A stretch of DNA of 64,000 nucleotides from Macrostomum hystrix (Eukaryota; Animalia; Platyhelminthes). The notes beneath the pieces were generated by a model. The model worked only from the letters and a program-made list of their open reading frames with translations. It ran no database searches and was not told the DNA's origin. Below, piece by piece: positions 35,045 through 47,992 of this stretch (position 1 is the first letter of the stretch; every line of letters starts with the position of its first letter). Where the stretch lies: positions 17,670,001-17,734,000 of the forward strand of contig CATNEN010000038.1 in the NCBI GenBank assembly GCA_950097015.1, read 5' to 3'. The position numbers were made by a program, and so were the translations under genes.

Positions 35045-38000
35045 CTAACAACAAAATGAATCGTGTGTTAGCAAACTGCAAGCTACAATGAGTATTAGCA
35101 GCGAGCTCCAGTCAGTGAAAGTTAACTGCTCAGAGGTGTTGGTTAGAATTAATGAGCTGTTTGTCGTCTCCGCGGTGAATCGGTCGCTATGCGGTTGCCT
35201 CGAGCTTGGGCTTGGCTCTGGATCACTGAAATGCAAGACGGAAATGAATTAATACAGAAGACAGTGGACTTTGCGGGACGCCACACCCACCCTCAATTAC
35301 CCCAGCTAATGCTGGTACCAATTTGACAGCAGAGCGAACTGAAACAATGCGGAGTTGCGTGCCTTGCTAAAGTACTTTTTTTAGTGGAGTCGGGAATCGA
35401 ACCGACGACCTTTAAGTCAAGTGTCCGAATCTCTAATCGCTGGGGCTACAAACCCCCCCTAAGTCTTTGAGACATTTAAAAATCGACTCAAAACAGTACT
35501 GATCTCAAGCTTCTCTCCAAAAACGCTAATTGCTCGAACTCTTACATGTTGGCCAACTCGCATGCCAGTGTCCTGTTGTCTAATCTGACAACCACCGGCC
35601 GACAGTCAACTGTGAAGATCCAAATGCAGCCCGCGGCAGATGCCAGGCGATCGATGGGATTGTTAAGTCTTTGTTGAAGGGATAGGTTGCTTAATTTAGG
35701 GATAAATATCTACACCTCTTCCATCCCCTATCTCTTCTTTCTCCTTCACTCTTGTGTCTTCTCTCCTTCACTCTTGTGTTTTCTCTCCTTCACTCTTGTG
35801 TCTTCTCTCCTTCACTCTTGTGTCTTCTCTCCTTCACTCTTGTGTCTTCTCTCCTTCACTCTTGTGTCTTCTCTCCTTCACTCTTGTGTCTTCTCTCATT
35901 CACTCTTGTGTCTTCTCTCCTTCACTCTTGTGTCTTCTCTCCTTCACTCTTGTATTTTCTCTCCTTCACTCTTGTGTCTTCTCGCCTTCACTCTTGTGTC
36001 TTCTCTCCTTCACTCTTGTGTCTTCTCTCCTTCACTCTTGTGTCTTCTCTCCTTCACTCTTGTGTCTTCTCTCCTTCACTCTTGTGTCTTCTCTCCTTCC
36101 CTTTTGTGTCTTCTCTCCTTCACTCTTGTGTCTTCTCTCCTTCACTCTTGTGTCTTCTCTCCTTCACTCTTGTGTCTTCTCTCATTCACTCTTGTGTCTT
36201 CTCTCCTTCACTCTTGTGTCTTCTCTCCTTCACTCTTGTATTTTCTCTCCTTCACTCTTGTGTCTTCTCGCCTTCACTCTTGTGTCTTCTCTCCTTCACT
36301 CTTGTGTCTTCTCTCCTTCACTCTTGTGTCTTCTCTCCTTCACTCTTGTGTCTTCTCTCCTTCACTCTTGTGTCTTCTCTCCTTCCCTTTTGTGTCTTCT
36401 CTCCTTCACTCTTGTGTCTTCTCTCCTTCACTCTTGTGTCTTCTCTCCTTCACTCTTGTGTCTTCTCTCCTTCACTCTTGTGTCTTCTCTCCCTCTCTTT
36501 GCCATTATTCACGCCACCGACACTCCAGACACTCACTGGCGGCAAGTGTTCTCCAGAGTCTCAATACTGGATCCAGGCTTGTAAACCGCCCTGCACTCGT
36601 GCATGCAGTGCTCAGACCAGCCAAAGTATTTGCGATAGACCAGAACAGTCGCTTGGCCGACGTGAGGCAGGTCAGTCTGCTCGTAGCGAACCCGGCTGAT
36701 TCGCACCGGTCTGAGACCGTTGATGATGGCATCGTGCAGCACAGCTTCGTAGGTACTGCCGTTGAAATCTGATAAGGTTGTGGTTAAAATTATTTGAAAT
36801 GCTATTTGCTAGGATACTCGATTCCTAGAAATATTATTTCTTAGAATAATCAATTCTTAGAAATCAAATTTCTTAAAAGATTCTTTTCTTTGAAGTCATT
36901 TTCTTCGAATACTCGAGTCTTAGAAATCGTATTTATTTCTGATGAACACAATGCCAGATTCTTAAAACTCATATTAAACAATTCTCGATTCTTAGAATTC
37001 ATATTAAACAATTCTCGATTCTTAGAACTCATATTAAACAATTCTCGATTCTTAGAATTCATATTAAACAATTCTCGATTCTTAGAATTCATATTAAACA
37101 ATTCACGATTTTTAGAATTCATATTAAACAATTCTCGATTCTTAGAATTCATATTAAACAATTCACGATTCTTAGAATTCATATTAAACAAATTCTCGAT
37201 TCTTAGAATTCATATTAAACGATTCTCGATTCTTAGAATTCATATTAAGCAATTCTCGATTCTTAGAATTCATATCAAACAATTCTCGATTCTTAGAATT
37301 CATATTAAACAATTCTCGATTCTTAGAATTCATATTAAACAATTCTCGATTCTTAGAATTCATATTAAACAATTCTCGATTCTTAGAATTCATATTAAAC
37401 AATTCTCGATTCTTAGAATAAATATTAAACAATACTCGTTTCATATAAATCATTTTTAAGAAAAATATATTCTTAGAAAAAATTATTTTAGGAAAATGGA
37501 TTCCTAGAAATAATTGTTACGATACTCAATTCTTAGAAATCAAACTTAACAATAACCGATTCTTAGAAATCATATTTTCGATACTACTCGTTGTATCTTA
37601 GATTCTTTCTTATTCTTTTTAAAGAATAGAAGATTCTTAGATTCTTTTTAGATACGCTCGTACATATCTATCCAGATCTTACTCTGAAAAATGTGCAAAG
37701 TGTTTCTTAGCAGCAGAACATTCACAGTTCTAGGATCGTAGCGAACTGTTGTAAATGTTGGCCAGAAAATATCTTTGAAATCAACCGAGCTTGTTGTCCT
37801 ATCCAAGCAGCTGAAGTTCACAGCAGCTTTGTCAGTCTCCATTAGTTGACCGCCGTCTGTCAGGTGCCACTGACAGCTTTCAGCCGATGGCCAAGGTTGA
37901 TGAGGCATCGAGAACCTGTTGGAGCAAGATGGCTTTGATATTGCCGTATCTACGTGTAATCTCGAAAAAAGCTCTATAAGTACCAATATATGTGAAGGAG

Positions 38001-41000
38001 GGCTGTGGTACATAATGTGGGGACACTAGACCCGCGAGGATGCAATGTCTAATCTCATTCCACACCAATGTCTAATCTCATTCCACACCAATGTCTAATC
38101 TCATTCCACCCCTATGTCTAATCTCATTCCAACCCTATGCCTAATCTCATTCCACCCCAATGTCTAATCTCATTCCACATTAATGTCTAATCTCATTCCA
38201 CACCAATGTCTAATCTCACTCCACCCCTATGTCTAATCTCATTCCAACCCTATGTCTAATCTCATTCCACCCAATGTCTAATCTCATTCCCCACCAATGT
38301 CTAATCTCATTCCACCCCAAATGTCTAATCTCATTCCAACCCTATGTCTAATCTCATTCCTCCCCAATGTCTAATCTCATTCCACACCAATGTCTAATCT
38401 CATTCCACAACAATGTCTAATCTCATTCCACCCCAATGTCTAATCTCATTCCACACCAATGTCTAATCTCATTCCTCCCCAATGTCTAATCTCATTCCAC
38501 ACCAATGTCTAATCTCATTCCACACCAATGTCTAATCTCATTCCACACCAATGTCTAATCTCATTCCACACCAATGTCTAATCTCATTCCAACCCTATGT
38601 CTAATCTCATTCCTCCCCAATGTCTAATCTCATTCCACACCAATGTCTAATCTCATTCCACAACAATGTCTAATCTCATTCCACCCCAATGTCTAATCTC
38701 ATTCCACACCAATGTCTAATCTCATTCCTCCCCAATGTCTAATCTCATTCCACACCAATGTCTAATCTCATTCCACCCCAATGTCTAATCTCATTCCACA
38801 CCAATGTCTAATCTCATTCCAACCCAATGTCTAATCTCACTCCACACCAATGTCTAATCTCATTCCACCCCAATGTCTAATCTCATTCTACACCAATGTC
38901 TAATCTCATTCCACCCCAATGTCTAATCTCATTCCACACCAAAGCTAATCTCATTCCACCCCAATGTCTAATCTCATTCCACCCCAATGTTTAATCTCAT
39001 TCCAACCCTATGTCTAATCTCATTCCACCCCAATGTCTAATCTCATTCCACACCAATGTCTAATCTCATTCCACCCCAAATGTCTAATCTCATCTCATCC
39101 AGTTATTGAATCTCACAGCATTGCACTCACACGGTGCAGTTCAATATTTCGCCATCGTCCAGACTGCATTGACATTTTTGATGAGTCAAATTAAGAAAAA
39201 AAATATCGCTTGAGTTAGTAGCATTGCCATCGATCTTGTCAGCCAGAAGCTTTGGAGACGCTAGCAGCTCCGGCCCGGTGACTCGACGCGGTCCGATGGC
39301 GCCATCCACAGTCAGATTGGCTTCGCTGTGCAGCATTAGAGATCCGGCCACGTCTGCAATGCAACAGGCTTTAGTTTGCGATTCGGTACAACAATTGACT
39401 TGCTTTGACTGCTGACACCTCTGCTGACACCTCTGCTGACACCTCTGCTGACACCTCTGCTGACATCTCTGCTGACACAACTGCTGACACCTCTGCTGAC
39501 ACCTCTGCTGACACCCCCTGCTGCCATCTCTTCTGACACCTCTTCTGACACCTCTGCTGCCATCTCTGCTGACACCTCTGCTGACACCTCTGCTGACATC
39601 TCTGCTGACACCTCTGCTGACACCTCTGCTGACACCTCTTCTGACACCTCTGCTGCCATCTCTGCTGACACCTCTGCTGACACCTCTTCTGACATCTCTG
39701 CTGACACCTCTGCTGACACCTCTGCTGACACCTCTGCTGACACCTCTGCTGACACCTCTGCTGACACCTCTGCTGACACCTCTTCTGACACCTCTTCTGA
39801 CACCTCTGCTGCCATCTCTTCTGACACCTCTTCTGACACCTCTGCTGCCATCTCTGCTGACACCTCTGCTGACACCTCTGCTGACATCTCTGCTGACACC
39901 TCTGCTGACACCTCTGCTGACACCTCTGCTGACACCTCTGCTGACACCTCTGCTGACACCTCTGCTGACACCTCTTCTGACACCTCTGCTGCCATCTCTT
40001 CTGACACCTCTTCTGACACCTCTGCTGCCATCTCTGCTGACACCTCTGCTGACACCTCTGCTGAATCTCTGCTGACACCTCTGCTGACACCTCTGCTGAC
40101 ACCTCTGCTGACACCTCTGCTGACACCTCTGCTGACACCTCTGCTGACACCTCTGCTGACACCTCTGCTGACACCTCTGCTGACACCTCTGCTTAAATCT
40201 CTGTTCACATCTCTGCTGACACCTCTGCTGACACCCCCTGCTGACACCTCTGCTGACACCTGTGCTGACGTTTTCACTGACACCTCGATGTGAATGACAA
40301 TTTTCTATTCTACAGGCTGTCGATGAGATACGTCGTAAAAAAAGGCATAGCTCGTAGAATGTCATTTTTTACTTATCGAGTTAAGCTGAGTGGCTGTATG
40401 GTGCTTGTAACATTCTGAAGTAAAACATAAACAGCACTTGATGCTTGACTGACAGTTAGAAAATTGTATAGGTTAGTCAAGCAATAAGGAAAACATCCCT
40501 ATAGAAAGAGAGGAATTTACAGAGTTGCTATGCGAAGCGAAAGCGAGAAGTACTGGTATTAGTGAGTAGGCTGACAGTGCTTCAAAGTGATACAATACAC
40601 AGTTTATATTATAAAGATGGGATGGGTTTATCTGAGAATGGGTTTATCCTGGGATGGGTTTATCCTGGGATAGGTCAATCCTATTATGAGTTTATCCTAG
40701 GATGAGTTTATCCTGGGATGGGTTTATCCTGGGATGGGTTTATCCTGGGATGGGTTTATCCTGGGATAGGTCAATCCTATTATGAGTTTATCCTAGGATG
40801 AGTTTATCCTAGGATGAGTTTATCCTGGGATGGGTTTATCTTGTGTTTATCCTGGGATAGGTTTATCCTGGGATGGGTTTATCCTGGGATGGGTTTATCC
40901 TGGGATGGTTTCATGTAGGGCTGTGGGTTTCCTGTGATGGGTTTGATACTTTGGTTGGGCAATCCAATTCAATGCACACTTATTTATTGAGCCGCATGTA

Positions 41001-41211
41001 GTAGGTAGTACAGCAGCAGCAAGCAGCAAAGCATGAGTAACTCACACTGGATGGCTAGGTGAAATGAATCCAAGCTAGCTAGCCTGCCAGTCACAGCTGA
41101 GCAATTCGTGAAGTCACTGCGTGCCGTTGCATTTGCAGCGATGCGGATACTGGTGGATGCCAGAAGCAGAAATGCGGCAAATAGAAGCGTTGCTGAGGTT
41201 AACGTTACCAT
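35045..41211 (-). CDS. Uncharacterised secreted/cell-surface Cys-rich glycoprotein, 6 exons, 407 aa
   Basis: Exons 41046-41211, 39131-39353, 37683-37960, 36537-36768, 35546-35689, 35045-35225 total 1224 nt = 408 codons including TAG. Donors are GTGAGT, GTAAG and GTAAGA and all phases match. N-terminal hydrophobic signal ([21 protein letters not shown]), many N-x-S/T sequons, Ser/Thr/Pro stalk and hydrophobic C-terminus ([14 protein letters not shown]). Two acceptors (GAG at exon 3, AAG at exon 5) are weaker, so those boundaries are less certain. Confidence 0.72.
35263..35458 (-). mobile_element. SINE family B, diverged
   Basis: AGTGGAGTCGGGAATCGAAC and CCACACCCACCCTCAATTACCCCAGC are shared with the other copies. 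Confidence 0.72.
35735..36492. repeat. 22-bp pyrimidine-rich minisatellite (CTCTCCTTCACTCTTGTGTCTT)n
   Basis: About 34 copies. Confidence 0.95.
36956..37445. repeat. 30-bp minisatellite (GATTCTTAGAATTCATATTAAACAATTCTC)n with degenerate flanks
   Basis: About 16 copies. Confidence 0.93.
38043..39093. repeat. 23-bp minisatellite (CAATGTCTAATCTCATTCCACAC)n
   Basis: About 45 copies. Confidence 0.95.
39409..40285. repeat. 12-bp minisatellite (CTGCTGACACCT)n
   Basis: About 70 copies. Confidence 0.95.
40618..40910. repeat. 16-bp minisatellite (TGGGATGGGTTTATCC)n
   Basis: Imperfect tandem copies. Confidence 0.9.
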
Positions 41212-42020
41212 GGCAACCTGCCCTAGATGTTTGAAATTGATTATAGCCGTCTTTAGTTGGTCTTTATCGATAACAAAATGTACATTGTCAATATAACTGC
41301 GTTGTCTATGGCCAAACCTTTCAGCTTTATGAAAAGATCTAGAAGATACGAATATTCAAGTTTTAAATGATTGGTGCTTTGACAGAGATTTTACCATAGA
41401 CAGTTAGCAAAGTGGGCTCTGAATTCCTATTCCGGATTAAATTGCCATACTATACTTCTAGCTTAGTAGACCTTGTTTTACAAAACATTTATTGCATATT
41501 CGGGAGTAAATATTTCTCTATTTTTGATGCCTATGAAAGCCAAAAGAAGTTTTAAGCCATCACAGTTTGAGTTCAGTGTTCATCAAGAAGCGAATATATT
41601 TAATATACTAATATATTCCGCTTGGTCATTGTTTAAACGTTTGTTTAAGCAAACACAAAGCTTAGAAGTCAGTTTAGAGAGAGGGTTGGAAAATGAACGA
41701 ATCCTGGCATCTGCTTTTGTGCTTTAAGTCTTTTTTGCTGGGTTCAACTGAAAGCAGAAAAAAACTCAGATGAAGAGACTGGGGATAGAAGGGAAAGTTT
41801 TTTTGGTTGGCGATGTAATTAGTCCTCTATATTAGGCACCTAGTTACACCGCTGCATACTGGCTCCAATTAATCACGCCAAAATGGACGTGAAAAAGCCT
41901 TTAGACAAAATCATAATTAATGAGGCGTTTAACTATGCATAGGTATGGTTGGCATAAAGCGTGTGCTAATTAATGGTTTCTAATGGTGAACATTGTGAGA
42001 TTGTTAATTTTTTTTTATTT

Positions 42021-42280
42021 CACCTGCCCCAATTACACCTGCACAGCCGCAGCTATAGTGAGGCGCATCTGAAACCTGCGTACAGCTGTTCAGTCCATGG
42101 ACTGGGGGGGGGGACGCCACACCCACCAGATAATGCTGTTACCAATTAAACAGCTGGGTTAACTGAATCAATGCAAAATTAAGTGTCTTGCTAAAGGACA
42201 CAAATTGTTCCAGTGGAGTCGGGAATCGAACCTCCGACCTTCAAGTCGTGAGTCCGACGCCCCAACCACTAGGCTACAAC
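42021..42280 (-). mobile_element. SINE family B
   Basis: Reverse complement of the 46403 copy, with internal deletions. Confidence 0.8.
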
Positions 42281-42709
42281 CGCGTATACAATGTTAAAAT
42301 GAGTAAAACAAAATCTAGAATGACAACGAGTTCTGTTTAAAAGTCAGGGCAAACATTGTGAAGACAAGAAAAAGAAATGACAAACAAAGTGACATTTCTA
42401 AAAAGATCTGAACATCTTATTTAATTCCACATTACATCTAAAGACGAGTGTCATGTCTTTGAAGAGTGGATGAGAAATTATAAGTAATTATATGGACTTA
42501 TAAGTACAGTTTCTCATAAGTAGACTGGAGTATCACCTCATAGAGAATCGCAAATGGCCACATCTACAGACTACATTTTGATAACTATCACATCTATAGA
42601 CTGGGGTGTCATTTCATTGATGACTATCACATCTATAGACTAAGGTGTCAATAGATTCATGAATAACACGTCTCCAGACTGGGGTGATGGCTATGACATG
42701 GCTATGACA

Positions 42710-44000
42710 CTAAGGTATCAGTTTAATCCATGGCTAGCACATCTATACACTGGGGTGTCAGTTTAATCCATGGCTAGCACATCTATACACTGGGGTGTCA
42801 GTTTAATCCTTGGCTAGCACATCTATACACTGGGGTGTCAGTTTAATCCTTGGCTAGCACATCTATGCACTGGGGTGTCAGTTTAATCCTTGGCTAGCAC
42901 ATCTATACACTGGGGTGTCAGTTTAATCCTTGGCTAGCACATCTATACACTGGGGTGTCAGTTTAATCCATGGCTAGCACATCTATACACTGGGGTGTCA
43001 GTTTAATCCATGGCTAGCACATCTATACACTAGGGTGTCAGTTTAATCCTTGGCTAGCACATCTATGCACTGGGGTGTCAGTTTAATCCATGGCTAGCAC
43101 ATCTATACACTGGGGCGTCAGTTTAATCCATGGCTAGCACATCTATACACTGGGGTGTCAGTTTAATCCATGGCTAGCACATCTATACACTGGGGTGTCA
43201 GTTTAATCCATGGCTAGCACATCTATACACTGGGGTGTCAGTTTAATCCATGGCTAGCACATCTATACACTGGGGTGTCAGTTTAATCCTTGGCTAGCAC
43301 ATCTATACACTGGGGTATCAGTTTAATCCATGGCTAGCACATCTATACACTGGGCTATCAGTTTAATCCATGGCTAGCACATCTATACACTGGGGTGTCA
43401 GTTTAATCCATGGCTAGCACATCTATACACTGGGGTGTCAGTTTAATCCATGGCTAGCACATCTATACACTGGGGTGTCAGTTTAATCCTTGGCTAGCAC
43501 ATCTATACACTGGGGTATCAGTTTAATCCATGGCTAGCACATCTATACACTGGGGTGTCAGTTTAATCCATGGCTAGCACATCTATACACTGGGGTGTCA
43601 GTTTAATCCATGGCTAGCACATCTATACACTGGGGTGTCAGTTTAATCCTTGGCTAGCACATCTATACACTGGGGTATCAGTTTAATCCATGGCTAGCAC
43701 ATCTATACACTGGGGTGTCAGTTTCATCCATGGCTAGCACATCTATACACTGGGGTGTCAGTTTCATCCATGGCTAGCACATCTATACACTGGGGTATCA
43801 GTTTAATCCATGGCTAGCACATCTATACACTGGGGTGTCAGTTTCATCCATGGCTAGCACATCTATACACTGGGGTGTCAGTTTCATCCATGGCTAGCAC
43901 ATCTATACACTAGGGTGTCAGTTTAATCCTTGGCTAGCACATCTATACACTGGGGTGTCAGTTTAATCCTTGGCTAGCACATCTATGCACTGGGGTGTCA
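42710..44000. repeat. 40-bp minisatellite (GTTTAATCCATGGCTAGCACATCTATACACTGGGGTGTCA)n
   Basis: About 32 copies, with degenerate precursor units at 42500-42710. Confidence 0.96.
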
Positions 44001-44458
44001 AACTGCAGAAAAAGAAGACTGAAGCAACAAATCTATGTTGAATGTCTCTGATTTAATGAAACAAAAAACTGAAAATGCTAATTCTTTGCCGAGAATCAAC
44101 TCACCAAAGATCGCAGCTTCTATAGAGTCGATTGATTTAATTGTTGCCAAGCAGTAAAAAGTTTCTCAATTGCTGTTTTATATTAAAATATTTCAGAATT
44201 CTAATGCACGAGTCTTAAGAGCTCTAAACTGTAAAGTAATACTTTATGTGCACGGTCGCAGGCCAATAGTAATACAATCGGTTAAAGTTTTCCACCTAAG
44301 CCAATGAGAACCAAGCATGATGTGAAGGCATTTTTAGGCCATAAAATTAACAATGCACTAAGTGAACATACAGCGATACATCCACGTAAAATGCGAGAGA
44401 ACCAGTCCCAAAACACCCACGCAGTTACGTGGGGCAAAGTTACAAAGATAATTCTAAT

Positions 44459-45459
44459 CTCTTCAGGATTAGAGCAGTGGAATTTAGATTATATTCAGGA
44501 TTGGATCAGTGGGATTTAGATTCTCTTCAGGATTGGATCAGTGGGATTTAGATTCTATTCAAATTTAGATCAGTCGGATTTAGATTCTCTTCAGGATTGG
44601 ATCAGTGGGATTTAGATTCTCTTCAGGATTGGATCAGTGGGATTTAGATTCTATTCAGGATTGGATCAGTGGGATTTAGATTCTCTTCAGGATTGGATCA
44701 GTGGGATTTAGATTCTCTTCGGGACTGGATCAGTGGGATTTAGATTCTTTTCAGGATTGGATCAGTGGGATTTAGATTCTCTTCAGGATTGGATCAGTGG
44801 GATTTAGATTCTCTTCGGGATTGGATCAGTGGGATTTAGATTCTCTTCAGGATTGGATCAGTGGGATTTAGATTCTCTTCGGGATTGGATCAGTGGGATT
44901 TAGATTCTTTTCAGGATTGGATCAGTGGGATTTAGATTCTCTTCAGGATTGAATCAGTGGGATTTAGATTCTTTTCAGGATTGGATCAGTGGGATTTAGA
45001 TTCTCTTCAGGATTGGATCAGTGGGATTTAGATTCTCTTCGGGATTGGATCAGTGGGATTTAGATTCTTTTCAGGATTGGATCAGTGGGATTTAGATTCT
45101 CTTCAGGATTGGATCAGTGGGATTTAGATTCTCTTCAGGATTGGATCAGTGGGATTTAGATTCTCTTCAGGATTGGATCAGTGGGATTTAGATTCTCTTC
45201 AGGATTGGATCAGTGGGATTTATAGTCTCTTCAGGATTGGATCTGTGGGATTTAGATTATATTCAGGATTGGATCAGTGGGATTTAGATTCTCTTCAGGA
45301 TTGGATCAGTGGGATTTAGATTCTCTTCAGGATTGGATCAGTGGGATTTAGATTCTCTTCAGGATTGGATCAGTGGGATTTATAGTCTCTTCAGGATTGG
45401 ATCTGTGGGATTTAGATTATATTCAGGATTGGATCAGTGGGATTTAGATTATATTCAGG
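44459..45459. repeat. 32-bp minisatellite (TTCAGGATTGGATCAGTGGGATTTAGATTCTC)n
   Basis: About 31 copies. Confidence 0.95.
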
Positions 45460-46202
45460 GCAGGGCTTTTCTAGTTGATATAAATTGTTATATTTCTTAT
45501 CAGTTTTTATTCGCATGCTCAGAACTTTATGGCTCAATGAAACTCTAAAAGACACCGGAAGTCAAGGCATCTCTTTCGCGACGCGTGCATTTTCAATAGG
45601 CCAAATATTCCGCGATTGTCTAGCAGGCGATTGTTCTCATTCTATGCCCTTATGCACGTCCCATTCTATTGTATTATTCTTCTGTGACTCTCTCTCGCTC
45701 TTTGGCAGTCTTCATCTGTGGTAACACAGCGGAACAGTAAGGTATTGCATTATTCATATAAAATGAAAGCTCAATATAAACAGGATGCCAGCACTTGGAC
45801 AGTGACACTATAGTGTATATGTATGTGTGCACGTGTATGCTGTTTGATGTATAGCCGACGCAACTACACGTGAAGGTGGGCATGCGAAACTTTAGTTTGT
45901 GTCCATATACGGTAGTGAGTTTCGTACGGATACATTGTTCAAATATAATTTATGATTCTGCACGTATATGCACGGCATAATGAAGTACTCCACCCCAGCC
46001 ATGCCTGCATGCGGAGGCAGTGTCTGTGTGTGTCGCTTCGTCTGTCAATTTATTTGACAATCTCCCTTTGTTATCTCACTGGTTACGCCTGAATACTATA
46101 GTCTACCAGACTTTATTACTGTTTAATCGATCAGTCTAATAAAAACTTGTACTTTAAAAGAAAGTCTACTTTATAAAGATTTAGCAACTTGAAGACTGTG
46201 CC

Positions 46203-47515
46203 AATCCATGGATTATAGCTGCTCAAATCCACACCTGACAATTGAGCTAATCCATGGATTATAGCTACTCAGATCCACACCTGACAATTGAGCTAATCCA
46301 TGGATTATAGCTACTCAGATCCACACCTGACAATTGAGCTAATCCATGGATTATAGCTACTCAGATCCACACTTGACAATTGAGCTAGTCCATGGATTAT
46401 AGAGGTTGAGGTTGTAGCCTAGTGGTTAGGGCGTCGGACTCACGACTTGAAGGTCGGGGGTTCGATTCCCGACTCCACTGGAACAATTTGCATCCTTTAG
46501 CAAGACACTTAACTCTGCATTGCTTCAGTTCACCCAGCTGTTAAATGGGTACCAGCATCAGCTGGGATAATTGAAGGTGGGTGTGGCGTCCCCCCAGTCC
46601 ATGGACTGAACAGCCGTACGCAGCCTTCAGATGCGCCGCGCATTAGCTGCGGCTGTGCTGTCGGCTGCACATCTGACCCAATTGGGGCAGGTGTATTCAA
46701 TTATTATTATTATTATTATGGATTATAGCTACTCAAATCCACACCCGACAATTGAGCTAGTCCATGGATTATAGCTACTCAAATCCCCACCTGAAAATTG
46801 AGCTAGTCCATGGATTATAGCTACTCAAATCCCCACCCGACAATTGAGCTAGTCCATGGATTATAGCTACTCAAATCCCCACCCGACAATTGAGCTAGTC
46901 CATGGATTATAGCTACTCAAATCCCCACCCGACAATTGAGCTAGTCCATGGATTATAGCTACTCAAATCCCCACCCGACAATTGAGCTAGTCCATGGATT
47001 ATAGCTACTCAAATCCCCACCTGAAAATTGAGCTAGTCCATGGATTATAGCTACTCAAATCCCCACCCGACAATTGAGCTAGTCCATGGATTATAGCTAC
47101 TCAAATCCCCACCCGACAATTGAGCTAGTCCATGGATTATAGCTACTCAAATCCCCACCCGACAATTGAGCTAGTCCATGGATTATAGCTACTCAAATCC
47201 CCACCTGAAAATTGAGCTAGTCCATGGATTATAGCTACTCAAATCCCCACCCGACAATTGAGCTAGTCCATGGATTATAGCTACTCAAATCCCCACCTGA
47301 AAATTGAGCTAGTCCATGGATTATAGCTACTCAAATCCCCACCCGACAATTGAGCTAGCTAATCCATGGATTATAGCTACTCAAATCCCTAACTGACAAT
47401 TGAGCTAGTCCATAGATTATAACGAATTTAATCCCCACCTGACAATTGAGCCAATCCATGGATTAAAACAAATTTAATCCCCACCTGACGATTGAGCTAA
47501 TCCATGGATTATAGT
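46203..47515. repeat. 46-bp minisatellite interrupted by a SINE
   Basis: Unit TCCATGGATTATAGCTACTCAAATCCCCACCCGACAATTGAGCTAG. Confidence 0.94.
46403..46717 (+). mobile_element. tRNA-derived CORE-like SINE family B, full length, with (TTA)n tail and 11-bp TSD
   Basis: A box TAGCCTAGTGG, B box GGTTCGATTCC, CORE-like body. TSD ATGGATTATAG at 46392-46402 and 46718-46728. Confidence 0.88.
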
Positions 47516-47992
47516 GGCTTAAGTATCTACTTGACGATCGAGCAAATTTCCGGTCGGTAGCTACTATCTCTACCTAATAATTAACAGTTAATCCAAATTG
47601 AAATACTTGTTTAACCTACTTGGATCGCTTTAACTATAAAATCGAGGCACTGAGTCACTACACCATTGTAGAAGAATACCAAAGGTGAATGGGTCTTTAT
47701 GTCTGCAGGCGCAGAAAACTGCACTTACCCCAGGTAAAACTTATCTCTCCCTGAAAGACTGTGAGCAGTAATTGAGCACTGGCAAAGTCTAAGTGTTCAT
47801 TTATTAACTCAAACCATTTTATTTAACCAACCGAAGGCACAGGACCAAAGCAGGCCAGAATGAAAATCTAGCAGCACACGACCTCAGGTGTGCAAGCGAC
47901 AACAAGCCGAACAGACAGATAAATAAATATACTGGGCATTGCAGACGAGTACAGCTCAATTCTGTGCCAGAGCTCGCCGATATTGCATTTAG

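Noticed and set aside
39127-40365. 412-aa ORF joining the 12-bp array to orphan exon 2 as another acceptor ladder
   Set aside because: In the blocks I checked, the CAG sites in the array are not in the phase required by exon 1, they lack pyrimidine tracts, and the array has indels.
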